Of a DNA stretch of 64,000 bases, positions 60,220 through 64,000 are shown piece after piece. Position 1 is the first letter of the stretch. Every line of letters starts with the position of its first letter. The translations under genes and the position numbers were made by a program. Source of the DNA: Pseudovirgaria hyperparasitica (Eukaryota). Below the pieces are notes generated by a model that saw nothing but the letters and a program-made list of their open reading frames with translations, made no database searches and was not told where the DNA came from. Where the stretch lies: the NCBI GenBank assembly GCA_010093815.1, contig ML996565.1; one strand, given 5' to 3'.

Positions 60220-63200
60220 ATTGAGATAGTTCGAGTGTAGTAAACTTTGTACTCGAAAGTGGTTTACTTGGATATGGGTAAATCCGACGAACTCCCCGCA
60301 GGAGAGGTGCGTCGGCCGGCGAACGGGTGATGGACGCTGTGGACACGATGAGCATCGACTTTGATGTTTAAGTCGTCACGTAATTCCCAAAGGGGAACGA
60401 GTGTGTAGACCATATTTGATAGGGAGGTACTCACGAGTTAAGGAGGTTGGAAAACGTCTTGACAGCGGGCCTGTGGTTGGCCCTGAGACTAGACGGGCGG
60501 GTATTATGGTCGATGAAGGAGTCTGATGGACGATACTGTGTATGTGTCTATTCGCGGACTTTCAATTCTATTTCAGTGTTAAGGGAAAAGGAGGAAGAGG
60601 TCGGGCGACAGTCTTTTATAAACAGACAAAGCGAACCCCACCAACCCTGCCCCGCGATCCTTGGATCCGCCAAGACCAAGGGACTCTGGCGCCATCCAAT
60701 AAAGCACCCCACGGCTGCTGGCTTCCAACTAGTACTACACACCGCCAGTTTATATACGATTAGTGTCTATAATATTAGTATTCTAGCCTCTAAGAAGCGA
60801 GCCTTATATCGCCGGAGGCATAACACGTTACATAAGAGTCTAATCATAGAACGTTCCATAAATAATAACGCATCCATTCCTCGGTACGTTTACCTCGATA
60901 TGGTCGGACTTGAGGATAGCGTTAGTAGAGAGCGGTGCGCTTGCACTTGAATGATTAGATAGAGCCATTGGCCATTGTACCCCGCGACCTATCACTCACT
61001 TACGCCGCGTAGTCTCCGCCGGACACTGCAAATCATTGTCTTGTGATAAACCAGCTGTGTATCCGGGGTAGATCACATGCCATAGCACTCGAATCTCGAA
61101 TCACTGTTGTGAAGCCCGACGTAGCATATGATATATATCCTGCGTGAAATTGAAAACCGCGCTGCCGAGAGACGGCGAAAAGTACAAAAGTGCATTTTCT
61201 CTATAATCATCAAGCATGCTTGCACATGCCCAGGGGCTGTTGAGAAAGAAGCAGGATAAGCACCAGACCGGGTTGACCACAGCAACCCCTAAAAGACAGA
61301 TGGTTGGGTTTAGGTCGTTGGTAGCGTATGAGCTTCCTGTGAGAAATGAGGGGAACGAACGCTACAGCACTACTAGCTAAAGTCCCTGCATGTCGAGTTG
61401 AGAAGAATTGATGGTACAGTACCAAGTGGCTAGTTGTCATTTCGAGAGTTGGATGAGCGGTCGATCTCCAGCTGCCGGAATGTTTTCGAGATGAGAGGTA
61501 AAGTTTGCAGACTCTTGCGTCGGGAGATTCGGGAGATGTGGAAGTCTCGGCACGGTAATCAATCAAGTCTAGTGTACCAGACGAGAGCAAAAGTCTATCT
61601 TGTTCTCCCAATGATGATTTCGGCAAGAAGTGGGAAAAGTTGATGAGATATATGCGTATGATGATCGGCTATACCCGGCGGTCTTCAAGTCTTGCATGAC
61701 CAGAGGACGGAAATGGATCTTCCATAGGTTGTTGATCCATTCAATTGTTGCTGCAGGGACGGAAGACACGACGGCGCGATCAGAGTAACGCTGGTCGAAC
61801 ATGACTAGCAACGTGACCATGACAAGTGCGATCCCTTGTAAGACGAATCACCTGCCATCTACTGTAATCATATGTCAATGGTACCTACTGGTTGTTCCTC
61901 AGGAGCAGCGACTGTGTGAGTTCTGAGTCTGTAATTGTATCGAGCCTAGAACAATGAGACAGACAGTGAGGGCAGTTCCGGGACCGGGGACCGTCGGAGG
62001 CTGAATGCACGCAGGCAAGGCACGCACGGACTGGGTTGACGGATATATAGACCATGTAAACGGCCATGCATAAGGTGCTCATAATACCATGCATATCTAT
62101 CCATGCGAGTTATTACGGTCATAATAAGCAGCAAATTTGAAGGTCGTGGGTGATAAGATACGGCTTATTGCTCAATTTTGTATGTTAGAGTGACGAATTT
62201 CGGGATTATCCTGGGGTTGTTGAGGTCCATGGAGGAGTTGATGGGCAGGCCGGCAGCGTGCAGTCTGACTCTGACAGAAAGAGTCGCAAGTGGTGTTGCG
62301 AGTGTCGGATCGGATCCCTTACGAACAAAGAGGTCACGTGTGATGCATACGATGATTGACGTGGACGAGCATACCGATACCGATGGCAGAGATGATCGAT
62401 CGTAGTGTAGCAGTCATCAAGTCGATTTTCAGATGAAGATGATGACGATGACGATGCAGATGACGATGTGGTGAGATGAAGAATGTATATCATCATCAAG
62501 CTAGATGCTAGCTATTGTGACTATATGTCGCTACAACAAAGGCTTGTGAGGGTGGAGTGAATGCAGTTGCAGCCTAAGGTGGAAGGAATCAGCGCAAAAG
62601 GTGGAAGGAGCGAACAGGAACGGGGACAAGGACAGGGACAGAAAGGGGCAGGTGCAGGTGGCGCCATTGCAAGCTGCAGCCGGGGCGCCATGCCTATTCG
62701 GGGATGGGTCCAGGGGTTGAGGGTACGGGATTGGCTAAGGGTCTAGCGCCCCGCAGCTCTCAATCTCAATTTTAGCGTGTGGGTCTTGTTTTGTGCACAA
62801 TTCACCTTGGCACCTGCACTCTTCTTTACACTTCTCTGGCAGGCACACACACACACACACACACAAACAGGCAGGCACTCAGCACACACACACACACACA
62901 CACATGATGCACCATCGCACCTTCCCTACTTTCTCGTGGTCATGTCACCAATTACACCAATCCAGAGGCAGCCATGACCATCTTCATCTCTCAGCCCGTC
63001 CGGCCACATGCACCAACCACACTGCACATGTCTACTGTCCACCTTTTTGTGATAATTAGTTAGTATCGTAATTATATGGTGGAGAGGAACAGGTACACTG
63101 ACTCGATGATGTTATAATATACACTTCTGTCATGGATGTCAAGCAAGGAGTGCAACAGATAGATACCTAAGGGGTCAGAGAGAGAGAGACAAGACAGACA

Positions 63201-63884
63201 AGACAGGCAAAACGACCTGAATCGTTGTGCCAAATCCGGATAGCTCTCCATCGGCCGTCAAGCTCGTTTAAGCACGAGACACCCCCACTTTGTCCCCTCA
63301 GGCACCCAATCACGTCCGTTGAAGCTGTCTACTACTGCTTTAGCTATACTTGTACTGTTGCTATACACTCATGCGCACCTTGCACACCTTGCGCCCGTCA
63401 TGTAGTAGTCTAATACTAAGCTGCTGCATTCACTCTTCTTGCGACCGCCTACTTTTCCTTCTCTTCAACTCCGACTTCTAATCATCCTGCCATCTACTAC
63501 TCCTCTCGAATCTTACATCAATTCGCCGACACGTTGTCGTCACTGTTCATCATTTGCCAGCGCGCGTGCCGGTAATACCTCTAGCCCTATCATCCTATTC
63601 TCCATCACGGCGGCAATCTGGTTGATCTACTCCAAATTTCCTCCTCAACCCAATCTGATTGGATACTGGCCTGTTCAATTTAGCTGCGAGCCCATTTCTC
63701 CCCACTGGCCAGCCCTGTCCACGCCACCGCCATCGACCAAACAAACATCTAATACCTACTGGGATCCTCCTTACACATCCTGTCCTAAGCTCTTTCTTCA
63801 ACTGCTCTCGCCACGCTCGTTCTCGGATGCTTCATACTGCAACAACTTTCTTTTCTTGTGTGCGCGACACCAGAGCAATCAAAT

Positions 63885-64000
63885 ATGCTGGGCTTAGGAA
63901 GATGGAGGAACGCGGCACCGCCTACGCCTACTGCTGCTACTCATGAAGAAAGGTCGTCGAGCACGTTACCGACTATCAAGTGCTCTGATTGCGGCATCGA
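63885..64000 (+). CDS. 5' end of a probable paxillin-like LIM-domain protein (runs off the window)
   Basis: MLGLGRWRNAAPPTPTAATHEERSSSTLPTIKCSDCGI..; LPTIKCSxC resembles the N-terminal motif I recall from Pezizomycotina paxillin-like proteins. Preceded by a pyrimidine-rich leader. Only 38 codons are visible. Confidence 0.45.
   Translation, partial: MLGLGRWRNAAPPTPTAATHEERSSSTLPTIKCSDCGI

Noticed and set aside
60220..63884. Short ORFs and an E-box (CATGTG on the minus strand at ~61075) upstream of INO1 as a UAS-INO-like site
   Set aside because: ORFs lack protein-like features; a single 6-mer in 3.6 kb is expected by chance and Ino2/Ino4-type control is not established for this lineage.

Overview
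Eukaryotic genomic DNA from a filamentous ascomycete (short GT-AG introns with CTAAC/CTGAC branch sites, RIP-mutated transposons; Dothideomycete affinity is only an inference). 1-4.7 kb is an AT-rich, heavily RIP-mutated nest of Ty3/Gypsy LTR-retrotransposon sequence. It abuts an un-RIPped RT/RNase H fragment with an HIDD instead of YxDD motif. 7-30.5 kb is a compact housekeeping block: a GPI cell-wall protein, PHS1, an F-box-like protein, PRP19, a Slx5/Rfp-like SIM-RING protein, a Kre1-like protein, TFIIIC Tfc3/Sfc3, UreD and cohesin Scc3. 31.3-48.6 kb is the most interesting part: six genes in three head-to-head pairs (SDR/ACS-type MFS transporter, DAK-family kinase/Zn2Cys6 regulator, paralogous SDR/class II ketose-bisphosphate aldolase) that look like a self-regulated catabolic cluster for an unidentified polyol, rare sugar or sugar acid. 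After it come an EF-hand protein, an F-box/RCC1 protein, a PAP2_3 (AUR1/IPT1-like) membrane protein with a possible spliced C-terminal extension, an intron-containing tRNA-Leu(AAG), a Tim17-like membrane protein, INO1 and the start of a probable paxillin-like LIM gene. From ~31 kb on, patches are strongly enriched in microsatellites. All product calls are from motif recognition by eye; no searches were run, and splice boundaries are manual and may be off by a few nt.
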